A DNA stretch of 63,795 nucleotides, filler included, from Pelomyxa schiedti (GCA_020536535.1; 13 parts of 13 records of this genome joined end to end with filler, not necessarily neighbours in it); one strand, 5' to 3'; positions 48,183 through 60,590 are shown, counted from the first letter of the whole stretch. The notes: generated by a model from the sequence alone, not told the origin. Translations and numbers: made by a program.

Positions 48183-49051
48183 CTTCTGTGGGAAGAGAAT
48201 AAAGCCCCACAGAGGGAAAAGAACGAAAGAGAGTAAGAGTGTAAAGGTTCTCTTGCTTGTTCTCGTGCTTGGGTTGCACGTGGTCAAAGGATAATTAATT
48301 TGGTGCGGTTAGGTGCGGTTAGCTTCGAAGCCAGGCTGTTGTCCAATTCTCAGTCGAGATTACCTTAGAATCAATCACCGCTGCAGTCCGCATTAGTGCG
48401 TTCTGTGTCTCATAAGATTGCCACTGCCTTATTCCAGTAATTTCATCAAGCCCGCATTGGATCTCGAGAGTTGAGATTCGTACAGAGTCCGCAGAGTGTC
48501 CATAGAGCTAAAGCTCGTGTACTTGCTAAAGTACACACGTGTCTGGTTTTGTTGTCTTCAAACTGGAGAATGTATTTCCTGTGCTACAGGTTTCTTGATA
48601 AAACATAACATGGTGGTTTCTTCTGAGACAATGAAACGATTGGAAAGGAACCAACAAATACAGCAACAAGAACGCGGCAGGCGGTTTTGATTACATGCAC
48701 ACTTGTCTGAGAATCCATTTGAACATCACAGCCTTTTAACCCAATTGCACAACCGCTCTGTGTATCCCTTTACAACAACAACGAGAACAAACAAGAGAAC
48801 CCTTTATTCTCTTCACTCTCACTCGTTTTCTTCCTCTGTGGGACTGATTCTCGAGCCCACAGAAGCTAACAACCCAAAATCTCCTTTTTGTTTTTTGGGA
48901 CTTGGGGTAAATGCCAAAACACAGTTTGAAACTGTTAGCTTCTGTGGGCTCGAGAATAAGTCCCACAGAGGAAGAAAACAAGTGAGAGTGAAGAGAATAA
49001 AGAGTGTTCTCTTGTTTGTTTGGTCGTTGTTGTTGTAAGGGGGTAAAAAGG
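48177..49051. mobile_element. Non-autonomous element(s) with ~95-105 bp terminal inverted repeats beginning TGTTAGCTTCTGTGGG
   Basis: Three copies: 48177-~48270 (+, diverged), ~48767-48871 (inverted) and 48933-~49040 (+). Each has an internal CTGTGGG...CCCACAG hairpin. Confidence 0.65.
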
Positions 49052-49420
49052 NNNNNNNNNNNNNNNNNNNNNNNNNNNNNNNNNNNNNNNNNNNNTTAAT
49101 TAATTAANNNNNNNNNNNNNNNNNNNNNNNNNNNNNNNNNNNNNNNNNNNNGCAACAGGCAATAACAAACACAACAAACAAGGAATTATTCGTTAGTCGA
49201 GTCGTGCACATGCCTCGCGGGTCCATTGCGTGTTGCACTTGTAATGGTTTTTTATTTTATTTTTTTTATTTTTGTTGAAGTTTCTTCCTTGGATCTGCAA
49301 CTGACGAGACGTTTAGAACAACGCGAAAAAAAAAAAAACAGAGTTTGTTTAGAATAGTACAGATAAGGTGTAAATTTCCGTACAACAGTGATACGGCGTG
49401 GGAGGTGTGTGTGGATGTTT

Positions 49421-50550
49421 CTAACAACATGAGGATGACTCTGGCTTCTCGTGGACTGTGGTGACACGAGATTTACGCTTGTGCCGGCCAACAGAGGTCT
49501 CTTCAGGTGTGAACCTGGTTGTAAATGTTAGGGTTGCAGGTGGTCAAGCGTTTGCTTTACGGTTCGTTGTCTCTTTCGGTCATGGCATTTCTGGCTATCA
49601 TCTGGAAGGCTTGCTCGACGTTGATGGATTCTTTTGCACTTGTCTGCGGATTTGGATTCCTTGTTAATAAACCAAAAAGTATTAGGTGGTAATAACCTCA
49701 AAGTATGTAATGTTCCCTTTGGACTTGCACCATGCCATGGCCTCACTGGCAGTTATCTGCATGAACAATGACACAAACATTAGAAGAGGTGGTTGCTTAC
49801 GGCACGTGATGGTAGATCAATTTTATTGCCAATGACTACAAAGGGAAAACTCTGGGGTTCAAATGGCGCTGCTTGGATGAGGAATTCCCCCACCCAGTTT
49901 TCAAGGCTCTCAAAAGTTTTTGGTGTAGTTACATCAAACACCAAAACACAGCAATCAGCTCCTGCACAATTTACAGAAGTTTAAAAAGTACAAGAAGAAA
50001 AGGTGGGGAAATTTGAACCTCGATAGAAAGCAACACCCAAGCTACGGAACCGTTCTTGGCCTGCAGTATCCCAAATCTGTATTAGTGTTACTGTAGTTTC
50101 TTGTAGGGGTGTGGGCTTTGAACCTGCATAGTGACAAGGCGGCCATCGACCATAACTTCCTGAGTACAGTGTTAAAGCATGAACAGAAACTATCATCCCT
50201 ATTCAACAAATAAATACAGTACAAAATAATCATGAAAATCATATTTTATAATAAGGTTAAACACCTTTGTGAGGAAATCCGCACCAACAGTAGCCCTGTA
50301 GTTTTGAGAAAACTTTTGATTCACATACTGATCCATAAGAGAAGTCTTCCCAACACTAAACTATGGTTATCCTCAACAACTACGAAGTGGCATTGGTGGC
50401 ACCACAGCAACAAATAACATTATATGCACATTCAAAGGTAACCCAAACGAAGCAACGCCCAATGTCATAAAAAAAAACAAAATAAAAACCAGTTCACACT
50501 CACCCACTGTCGCCCAACAACACGACTTTTAAAAGTGCCCGTCCGGTCAT
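49421..50550 (-). CDS. RAB7: Rab7-family GTPase, spliced
   Basis: [100 protein letters not shown]. Ends SSSCC* (prenylation motif). Confidence 0.92.
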
Positions 50551-51182
50551 TGCGACGATTTGATTTTTTGGTTTCCTGGTCTTGGGGTNNNNNNNNNNNN
50601 NNNNNNNNNNNNNNNNNNNNNNNNNNNNNNNNTTAATTAATTAANNNNNNNNNNNNNNNNNNNNNNNNNNNNNNNNNNNNNNNNNNNNTGCTTGTGTGCC
50701 CCAGCTGAGGGAGTCGGCGAAGGAGACGACGACATGAGGGCGCTCGAGCGGAAATCCAACGACAGAAATTAATTATCAGAGATCTCTTAGTGGAAGAACC
50801 GTTGGTGCCCTGTTGTTGAAGGAATGCCGTGGTTGTTATTGTACTAACAGCATGCAGATGCATGATGGGAACAATGTTGCCAGGGTGTGTTTGCCACCAA
50901 GCTGTCGTGATGGTGTTGAGAAATTTTTGTTTTTTTTTCGTCCAACGAGGGAATGGATGTCGATTGGGGATCAACGAAAGAGGAAAGGGCACAGCAGTTA
51001 CTGCTGGGGTCCCATGTTCTGTGGAGTATAGTGATGCCCAGGGAGGGTCTATGTGACACTCAGACTGCCCCCCTCACCCTGGCTGAAGCTTTTTTCCCGT
51101 TTCACTCTATTCCCTCCGTTCCCTTTTGCTTTTCTTTAACTAAGTCACTTTTTCTTTTCGGTTTTGTTTTGGGGCCAGGCTG

Positions 51183-51770
51183 GTGGCACTGATTGGGAGA
51201 CGGTTCCTGTGTAGATATCCGAGTCATACTGATGCACTGATGTCATGTGCCTCTGCTGGTGCAGTGAAAGTTGCAAGGTGGATGCTCAAGGCGAACCTCA
51301 CAATAGGCTCGACCAGCGCCTCATCCACACCGATTGCATTCCTGATAACATCCTCAGCCTATTCCAGAGCATTTGTCACAGCCGCAGCCCAGGGACACGG
51401 CGACTTCGTCGACTGGATTCTAGGGGAATTCCCCGCGTCGCCCTCGCAGATGAGAGCCGGCTTCCTGCAGTGCGGAATGGCCGGCCACCTGGGCCTGGCC
51501 AAGTCCCTGGCCGACAAGTTCTCCCTCACTTCAGCCGATGCCAAGGACTCGAACAACCTGCTGCTGCGCTCGTGCTGCTCCCGCGGCGACGGCCTGACCG
51601 TGGCCTGGCTGGCCGAGCGGTTCGGGCTGGCGGCCGCCGACGCCCGCTGCATTGGGACTGCCCAAACTTTTTCGGTGTGCACACGATCAAAAAACGAGCG
51701 TTTTTCTGGGAAAACAGTGTGCACACAGTTTGCAGCACGCCAACGGCCAACAGACACACCAATGTGCTTC
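51183..51770 (+). CDS. Ankyrin-like repeat protein fragment
   Basis: Repeats CASAGAVKVARWML, AAAQGHGDFVDWIL, CGMAGHLGLAKSLADKFSLT and CCSRGDGLTVAWLAERFGL. Both ends are uncertain. Confidence 0.7.
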
Positions 51771-51870
51771 NNNNNNNNNNNNNNNNNNNNNNNNNNNNNN
51801 NNNNNNNNNNNNNNTTAATTAATTAANNNNNNNNNNNNNNNNNNNNNNNNNNNNNNNNNNNNNNNNNNNN

Positions 51871-52411
51871 TTTGGGGATCAGCCACACTCACAAGGTTCT
51901 GCGAGTATCCAGAGGACGGTTCATGCGACATCCTGGACGAGGAATCGGGCCTTTACCTGAACCAGACCTGCCTTGACCAGTCATCAGTCTCCGAGGAAGG
52001 AACCACCTTCGAAGGAGGGTGAGTGTTTTCTCACACCATTTCATTCCTCTCCTGACAAACACACACAGAGCCGTTCTGTTGACCTCACAGAGTGGTAGCT
52101 GCAACCTCGAGGAAATCACTGCGATGACCTTCTACCGCGGGGGCGACTGCGTGTGCAACAACGAGGGCGAGTGCTGGTCGCTCGAGTGCACCCACACAAC
52201 CGACGAGGAGCCAGGGACTGTCACTTTCGCCAGCTTCGATTCTGCTGATGGAAAGTGTGACAGTGCAGTCACGCCTGACGAGATTCCAGAGGGCGAGTGC
52301 TACGAAGAAGGGGGTGTCACCACGATGTGGCTGTGCTCTGCCCCGTCGGCTTCATCGATTGCCTCTTTGTTGGTGTTGCTTCTTGTGGCTTCTTGGTTGT
52401 TGCTTCTGTGA
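51871..52411 (+). CDS. 3' part of a Cys-rich surface protein with a hydrophobic (GPI-signal-like) C-terminus
   Basis: CNLEEITAMTFYRGGDCVC...CYEEGGVTTMWLC followed by SAPSASSIASLLVLLLVASWLLLL*. Confidence 0.65.
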
Positions 52412-52630
52412 GTTTCGGTGCCCTGAATTTCGTTGTATCAAAAATTTGAAAATACTTGAAGTTCCCTTTTATCAGGGATTTTCTTCTTTGTTTCGAAATA
52501 TCCGTAAGTGCAGGTCACAAAATGTGCTTGGCAAGAGGATTTCCCTGAAGTATTTGTGCAACAGGCAGTGCTTTTTAGGCCCACCAAGTTCAGTCTCAAC
52601 GACACTCTCACAAAAAAACCTACGCGTCGC

Positions 52631-54081
52631 ATGGCGGGCTCGTTGGTTTTATCTTCCCTTCTTCTGTTGGTGGTCTCTTCGACAGCATTATGGCAGGAAT
52701 ACCTCTACTACGAACAGCCTGGTACTTCGAGACCCCCCACCATTTTTTTCTCCCTAACGGTGATGGTTCTTCAGATTATACAACATGCAGCAACCTGATT
52801 TATGTCGAGGTTGAAGATGTGAGCACATGCAGTGAATCGACCTGCTATGTGGGTTACGAATACAACTACATGGTTAAATGCCACGACGTGATGCCTGATA
52901 TCGACTCCTATTTTGACGAAGAGTAAGTAATTCGAAAATTTTCGAATTGTGTTGTGGAACCTCACTGTCTCCTTCCCCCCCGCCAGGTATTACTCTACAA
53001 CCACTTACTCTGATATGCTGGGGACCAAAGTCACTGAGTTCTCTGTGGCGAAGAAATCCTGTGTCTGGAGCTACTGGTATGATGATTACCGAGGCTGGAC
53101 TTGTGATGGGATAGCTGGGAAAATCACGGTGAGTAAACCCTCTCACCCCCTCCTTTCCCCGGTGTTGACCACTCCCTCAGGAATACGACTACAGTTCGGA
53201 TTCTACGTGCACTACTTCAGGGAGTTCTTACAAAGTTGCTACACCCTCGCAGTCCAACAGATGGGCCGACGTTTTCTATTGCAGTTCCAGCAAGTGGTAT
53301 ACCGTGGATTGTGGGAACATAGACACTCCAGTTTCAGGCTATCAGCTCATCACGTACTATGCTGTCGAGCAAGATTCGAGTGAGTGTCCTGTTGTTTGGA
53401 ATGGTTCTTGTTTCTCAACTCAAAACAACAGCTTCCACGTGTGCCTCGTCCGCAATCCTCGGATACGAGTACTTCCACACAGACGACTGCATCGTTCAGG
53501 ATTGCGGTTCTGGTCCTCAGTGGAAAGAGAGTTGGTCTTGCTCTGACACGGAGCCTGATCCTGCCACTCTGGTTCCTGACACCGCCAACCCGTATGATGA
53601 TGCCTTTTGTTTCCTCTTTCTTCCCCTCATTGTCTCCCCACCAGGCCATTTATTCTGCAATACATTGACACAAATGACAACTTCTGCAGTGGTGACGTAT
53701 TCACCACCCAAGTGTGGAAATCATCTTGCCTGCCATACTCTTCCACTTCACTCCAAGTCGTTGAAAGTGGCTCCTATCTTAACTTCGAGATGTTTTATTC
53801 TTCCACGGATTGCACTGGCACCAACACAAATGAGGATTACATTTACAAGGGCGGTGACTTTGTGATTCCCGGCTGCTACAGTACATACGAGAACGTGTGG
53901 TACACTTTGACCAAGAACCAGGTGGCCAATGAAAAATACCAAACTGTGGAGTACTACGCTGGTGCTGACACAACAGGTGTGTTTCTTTTTTAAATTGTGC
54001 TCAATGGGTTACTCAATTGCGCACAGCAACTCCAATGATGATCGAACAGTATTTCTCCCATTACTGCGAGACGAAGACAGT
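52631..54081 (+). CDS. Secreted/surface Cys- and Tyr-rich repeat protein (tandem paralog, 3' truncated), spliced
   Basis: Signal peptide MAGSLVLSSLLLLVVSSTA. Repeated Y-x(5-6)-C modules; YIYKGGDFV resembles FYRGGDCV in the upstream gene. Confidence 0.7.
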
Positions 54082-54762
54082 NNNNNNNNNNNNNNNNNNN
54101 NNNNNNNNNNNNNNNNNNNNNNNNNTTAATTAATTAANNNNNNNNNNNNNNNNNNNNNNNNNNNNNNNNNNNNNNNNNNNNCCGGACCACATGTTAGTAA
54201 CAGATTTCGCAGAATGGTACAATCTACAGCGCTGTGTCAAAAAATCGAAATTGTCGCATCGTTGTGTCAAAAACCAAGAAATTGGAGTTATTTGACCCCC
54301 AATTTTGAAGTGAGGAATACATACCCAATGTGACTGGTGCACTGATAGCAGCAGCTGGTGGAGGGGGTGGTGGACACAGCTCCAGGGTGGCGGTGGCAGA
54401 GGAGCTGGTCATCCACCGACTTCCAGAGGAAGAAGTGGCAACGGTGGTTTTGTTGGTTGCAATGCCACGAGTGGGCAGTGCCCCCCAGTGGTCAAAGCCA
54501 CACTGGAAACCCTCCTTATGTTGGTGGGGGAGGAGGGAGTGGCAGCACAGTGGAGCTCGAGCTGCCAGGTGAATGCTGCCAACGAGGGCGACGCACACCA
54601 CTTGCATTTCTCACAATTGAAATCAAGTAAAAAAAAAAGGAAAAGTGGACTGAAAGGGTATGCCGAGAGAGATGTTCACTGGCACTTCAATGTCGCGGCC
54701 TCCACTTGCACGACAACACTGCGTGCTCCTTTATTTTTTGTTCAGGACTTGGTGACTGTGTA

Positions 54763-55962
54763 TCAGGTACAGTGAATGCGTGCAATGCACTTCTGGGTGA
54801 AGGCATCACGAATTTCAGTGGTTGCCAGTGCTCCAGTAGCAGCACTTTCTGCAGGGAAACTGTTGATACCTTTCAATGAAAGCCGTTCAGGGTTGGCACC
54901 TTCACAGATCAATGAGGGCTGACTCAGATTCGAAGCACGGTAAATCTCACATGTTGGTGGGAGTCTTCTCTTTTTTCGACGTACAGAATGCAATAAGGCT
55001 GCAATGTGTGCACCAGGTGGAACAGAATAAATGCCAGAATACTTTGCATGAGGAAATGTGTGCACTTCACCAGAGTTTGTGTTGTAAACCTCGAAGCTGT
55101 GGAAAGTTGTGTCATTGTGCAGAGTGAGGATTGTGTCTGGTGAGGTCCAAGCAAAGTCAATTGGGGAGGGATGAGGCAGAAGAAGGCTTGGCCTGCTCTG
55201 AACTGCAACACCAGCTTCAATGGTCCTTTCAAGGTTGACAAACGAAATTGTTGCATTTGCATCACGATTGTATCCAATAAAAACAAGCTCATCACTGCAA
55301 GGGTCGAACCGCGAGAATCCACATTTTTTCACTTGCCCAGTGGTCCACCTCACACTTACGCCATCGCCGAGAGGCACGCCACCACCCATCCTCCACACGA
55401 TAAGCCCTCTCCCCATGATGTCATTAATCACCACGAGCCACTTGCAGTTGCTGGCATAACCCCCCAAAGTACCAAACGCCCAATCCTCTTTTCGTCCACC
55501 CAGTTCCGCTACCACCCTCCCATAAGTGTCAACCACCTTGGCCACGTCACGCATAGTGAGTGTCGTTGCCAGGAACCTGCGATCGCCGATGCATGCCGCG
55601 ATTCTGTGGAAGTATGCGCCCATAAGTAGGAGTGGCCTCGCGTCCACGCACCTGCACCACACGACGCCGAGAGTGGCGCTCACTCCCATGAACACGTGCA
55701 CCGTCGCCTCGACGTTCGCCGACCTCTTCCTCCCTGTCGTGAACGAACCACCCCCGTGCAGCTCCGCAGTGGTGCCAACTTGGTAGCAGCACCCGACGAC
55801 CCAGTCGCGCCCAAACAGCTCGCACAACGCGCCATTGTGGGACAGTGACTGGGCCGCGCTGCCGACACCGCATCTCTCGATGGACGAACTCGCAAATGCA
55901 ACGAACTGTGATCGTGCGTCGACAACAACCTCGATGCGCGTGGATACTGCTCGCGTCACCAT
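54763..55962 (-). CDS. Intronless 'QFxA-RCG / DAxT' family protein
   Basis: MVTR...DARSQFVAFASSSIERCGVGSAAQSL...FGRDWVVG...GVSATLGVV...NCKWLV...IRDAFTQKCI. Confidence 0.85.
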   Translation of the reverse strand: MVTRAVSTRIEVVVDARSQFVAFASSSIERCGVGSAAQSLSHNGALCELFGRDWVVGCCYQVGTTAELHGGGSFTTGRKRSANVEATVHVFMGVSATLGVVWCRCVDARPLLLMGAYFHRIAACIGDRRFLATTLTMRDVAKVVDTYGRVVAELGGRKEDWAFGTLGGYASNCKWLVVINDIMGRGLIVWRMGGGVPLGDGVSVRWTTGQVKKCGFSRFDPCSDELVFIGYNRDANATISFVNLERTIEAGVAVQSRPSLLLPHPSPIDFAWTSPDTILTLHNDTTFHSFEVYNTNSGEVHTFPHAKYSGIYSVPPGAHIAALLHSVRRKKRRLPPTCEIYRASNLSQPSLICEGANPERLSLKGINSFPAESAATGALATTEIRDAFTQKCIARIHCT

Positions 55963-56016
55963 TTTATTCTTATTTTTTCCTTCTGAAAGAAAAACCACCT
56001 ACATGTCAGTGGTCAC

Positions 56017-56610
56017 TCAGATCCGGCAAGCCCTGCGTCTGCAACTGAAAGGGTCAAACCGCGAGAATCCACATTTTTTCGATTGCTCAGAGCCCATCAC
56101 CCTGACTCCATCCCCCACAGGCACACCACAGTCCATCCTCCACACAGTGAGCCCTCCCACCCACGGAATTTCATCGATCCACACTATCCACTTGCAGTTG
56201 ATGACCCAGCTCCCCCACGACGGACTGGAGACGTGCAGTGGAACCACAACCTTCCCATTGGTGTCCACCACCTTCGTCGTACCGTATGGAGATTGTGATC
56301 ACTGACACACTCCCTGATGCTGTCAATCATCAGTGAGTGTTCGGGCTTGGAGTCTGACACGCACGTCCACCACACAACAACCCCGAGCGTGGCGCTCACG
56401 CCCATGAACACGTGCGAGACAGTCTCCTCCCTGTTGCACACGGCGGTGGTCCCAACTTGGTAGCCAGCACCCGACGACCCAGTCGCGGCCAAACAGCTCG
56501 CAAAACGCGCGATTGTACTTGAGTCTCTGCACAGAGTAACAGGACTGTGCCCAGTTACTTCTGGTAATCGGAAAAAAGTTTTTGATGGCAACAGCGCAAC
56601 GACTCCGAAC
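56017..56610 (-). pseudogene. Frameshifted, 3'-truncated tandem duplicate of the 54763-55962 gene
   Basis: FCELFGRDWVVGC, HVFMGVSATLGVV, VDTNGKVV..NCKWIV and KKCGFSRFDPF lie in three different frames. Homology stops at about 56045. Confidence 0.8.
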
Positions 56611-56732
56611 CATTGAACCCATAATCGACGCANNNNNNNNNNNNNNNNNNNNNNNNNNNNNNNNNNNNNNNNNNNNTTAATTAATTAANNNNNNNNNNNN
56701 NNNNNNNNNNNNNNNNNNNNNNNNNNNNNNNN

Positions 56733-58613
56733 TCTTCATCAGAGAAATTCCTTGGAGCCGCTTTATCACTCAATTCCAGAAGAAGGCCTTTGCTTGGACT
56801 GTCAACCTTTGAAAAGAAACACATTCCCACCATCTTCTGTGCTTTGGAAGATACTGACTGATTCACGTTCCATGCAACTTTATGAGCAGATGTGGAGGGA
56901 CAAGATTTCTGCGTGTTCATGTAAGAACACCAACACACATCATGGCCTTTACCAAACACCATCAGATGCCCTGAAGCCTCGGAACGAAATGATGGTGAAA
57001 GCTCTTCTTCAGTTGGAGTTGGGGAACATCAGTTCTGCTGTTGGTCTTGTCTCACAGGCTTATGACAATTTCAATAGTGATCCAGGCTGTTGTGGTAACT
57101 TTTCACCTTCTCTTTTTTCCCCAACACACCAACAGGAACAGACGTGACAAATCAGCAGCACTTCCTCCCGGGGTTGTTGTTCCTTTTTGGGTTGCGAAAA
57201 ATCACATCAAATTGTGAGAAGCTTTTCCATGAGAACACCACTCCTGAGTTGTCACATGCTTTCTCACGTGCAATCTCCTACAATGACACTGAATTGATAA
57301 AATATTCCAAACATGTTCTGGCATTCAACAGAGCGAAGAATCCAGCTGTTATTGATGAGTGGAATGAGTTACTTTCCACTGTGTCAGCAAACATAATTCA
57401 CAGAGTGAAGGACCTCAGGGAGGAGCCATCTCCAAGGAAAAGGTGGTGTCAAACCAGAAAACTCACTCACGAAGAAGCCTTTGTAATCACACAGCACCTA
57501 GGATATGAACATACACTGTCAGGATGCTGGTCATTGATGTACTTTGTGGTGCTCTGGATGCACATTTGCATGAGAACAAACTGTGTACAGTTGCTTTTGA
57601 ATGAGCTTTCAAAAATTCCCCCCTGCACTCTGCCAACAAGCCCAGCGGGCAGCACTGTCCAACCACAACCCATGTTGTCAGGTGTGTGGAAGTTACTATT
57701 GGCCTGGTATTACAGGGGAAGAAGGAGTACACCCCAAGACAAAAGCAAAGTGGTGTCACTCTTGGAGGATGCTGCAAGTCAAGGCTGTACTGAGGCTATG
57801 CATCTCCTTGCTCGGCAGTATGAGCGGGGCTCTTACTTCAAGAGAGATACCAACAAGTCCGCTTCTCTGTATCAAATGGCCGCTGATGGTGGTGACCCAA
57901 GTGGTGTGTTTTACCTTGGAAGATGCATCGAGCGGGGATCACGTGGCTTTGAGGGAGACATCACAAAAGCTGTTGCACTTTACCAGAGGGCTGCTGATGC
58001 AGGAAACAACGTGGCCATGGAGCGCCTTGGTTCAAGTTACATCAATGGCTGTGGTGTTGGCAAAGACAAAGCCAAGGCATTTTCACTGTTACAGCAAGCA
58101 GTTGAATGTGGAAACGATGAAGCACTCCTATTGCTTGGTACTTGCTACGAGAGAGGGAAAGGTGTCAGAAAGGACACCACCAGAGCTGTTGCACTGTATC
58201 AGAGGGCTGCTGATGCTGGCATCGCTGAGGCATTTCACCACATTGCAAACTGTTATTACTTTGGGAGGGGTGTGGCCAAAAATGTCGACAAGGCTGCAGC
58301 TCTTTTCCAGCAGGCCATTAATGCCGGCTATACAGCATCAGCATATGACCTTGGGATTTCTTACCGCGATGGTGAAGGTGTTGTGAAGGATTCCAAGAAA
58401 GCAATGGAGCTGTTCTACACGGCAGTGATGAACGAGGGGTGTGGCAGCAGTGAGGCCCTGGCAGCACTTGGTTTTTGCCACCTTGAGGGCGATGGTGTGA
58501 GTGTCGTTGATGTGAAGACAGCAACGAAGTTCTTGAGGCTGGCTGCTGCAGACAAAGTTACTGAAGCACAAGAGGAACTCGACAAAATCATTCACCATTC
58601 GAGGCACCAGTGA
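56733..58613 (+). CDS. Sel1-like repeat protein (5' truncated)
   Basis: About 7-8 repeats of the form A..LG.CY..G.GV.KD..KA..LYQ.AADAG in 57700-58580. Probable intron at about 57095-57135. Confidence 0.92.
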
Positions 58614-59318
58614 TCCCATGGGAAAAACCAAAAGACTGCCCATCCTCAAGAACACAAAGACACTGCAGATCTCACGGGGCGCGTAACCAGCGCAGAGCAC
58701 CGCCATTGCCTGCGAGCAAGACCGTTGATTAATTTTGGTCAGCCATGTGAGGCACCAGTGAATACTACCTCCGCCATTCACAACTTCGTAACCCTCGTAA
58801 CTTTGTGAATTAGAGCCAAAAACAGCTCTTATCGGAAAATATCAAAATATATTTGGTTTTTTTACCAACTTGGGATGATTCCCCGACCAAGGAATAGGAA
58901 CTCGGGCTGCCTTTCTTCTTCAACGAGGCTGTTTTTAAGTGGATTTGGGATTATTTATTTTACAGCAGAAGAATCTTATTCCACAGGGTGTGCGATCACG
59001 AGGATGATGAGTGGGAATCATCTTTAGATGCAGCGATTCCCGCCAGGCAAGCGGCAATGTGCCCCGTCACGTCGTTGTCAGTGCCACCAGCAGGTGGGGA
59101 GGAGGGGTGCTGACGAGAAGGGGAGCGCAACGGCGGGACTGTTGTGCTTGTGCTTGTTGTTGGGTTTGTGGTTGTGCGTGTGGGTCTTGCTGTTGTGAAC
59201 ACAATCTCCGCACATGTTNNNNNNNNNNNNNNNNNNNNNNNNNNNNNNNNNNNNNNNNNNNNTTAATTAATTAANNNNNNNNNNNNNNNNNNNNNNNNNN
59301 NNNNNNNNNNNNNNNNNN

Positions 59319-59457
59319 GTGCGCCGCATCGCGGGTGGGCCACGAGCATCAGCGACACCATTTGGGACTGCGCAGTTGTGGCTCCTTCGACTCGAAGTGG
59401 AGGTGTGCGTTGGGGCCCTGTGGTGGCCATACTTTTGGGATCCACACTTTTATCCAT
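59319..59457 (-). CDS. 5' fragment of a 'Q..HPRCG' family protein
   Basis: MDKS...TAQSQMVSLMLVAHPRCGA, cut by the linker. Matches QFAAIVMCAHPRC of the gene at 42309. Confidence 0.6.
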
Positions 59458-60035
59458 CCCGCTCTAACGGTTAGAAACAAGCAAGATGAATAATGTTTTT
59501 TTATTCGACTTTGGCCACAATTAAACAATTATGGTTCGGCTTAAGAGCGCGCGACTTTTCTCGTGCGGTGGTGCGGTGTTCTGCGGCTAACGTCGTTCGG
59601 TGACGCCGTCGTGGATTTCGCTGCAGTCTCGGCGCGATCCTGTCCAGTGGCACAGACCCACGAGGTCTCATCCAATGGTGGAATGAGAGGTCTTTTCAGT
59701 ATGGTAAGCCATTTGTGTGCCACTGGCTTGTTGCCAATGTGCTCACAGTGAAGCTGTGTAACTGTACACCTGGCCATATCTGCCAGTGTGCTATGATAAT
59801 AATGGGCATGAGGAACTGTGTTCTCTTCCCACATAAGCTCCCAAGTGTGTATAAAACTAATTGCAAGGGGAAATAAGGAAGTGCACTGTGGAATTACCAG
59901 TAAAACATGGAAAAAAAGGTAACCACCCAAAAGTGGCTCCCTTTGGTCACACACTTTTGGGTGGAGGTGAACTTAAGTCACCATGTTAAATAAATGTATA
60001 CATTATATAAGACCATCTTAAAACTTTTGGTAATT

Positions 60036-60434
60036 GTAATCCACACACAGAGACACACAGAACTGTATGCACACTTTTGTTCAAGGCCCACATTTTACTG
60101 GCAAACTCAGACAATTTGGGTGCTTTCACCCTCAGGAAGCGCTTTCTGTTACAAGCATTTGACAAGTTAGGGCACCCCAATTCAATGCCACTGTGAGGGC
60201 CATGGTCCAAAACCCACTTCCATGCTTGGCATTGGTTGTGATGAAGTGGCACTGGGGGAGAATGGTGCAAATTTCCTTTTTTGTTTCCTTTCCTTGATTA
60301 TAACTCCTGGACAGTGCTGATGTCTGCCCCGAAATGCTGTGAGCCGTAATCCACACACAGAGACACACAGAACTGTATGCACACTTTTGTTCAAGGCCCA
60401 CATTTTACTGGCAAACTCAGACAATTTGGGTGCT
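60036..60434. repeat. Perfect 89-bp direct repeat (60036-60124 and 60346-60434)
   Basis: GTAATCCACACACAGAGAC...GACAATTTGGGTGCT occurs twice, 310 bp apart. Confidence 0.92.
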
Positions 60435-60493
60435 GGATTTACAACAGTCCTATTGGGTTATCAACAAAAATTTCCCTTCACAGAACAGTAAGT

Positions 60494-60590
60494 AATTGGC
60501 TGAATAAAAAAAACACCAGACCACCGAGCCTGAGCGACGATAACGAAAAGTACAGCGTTCCGGTCTGTTGATTATTTTATTCAGCCAATT
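60494..60590. mobile_element. Short MITE-like element with 16-bp TIRs (copy 2)
   Basis: AATTGGCTGAATAAAA...TTTTATTCAGCCAATT. The internal sequence is homologous, inverted, to 1244-1330. Confidence 0.7.
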
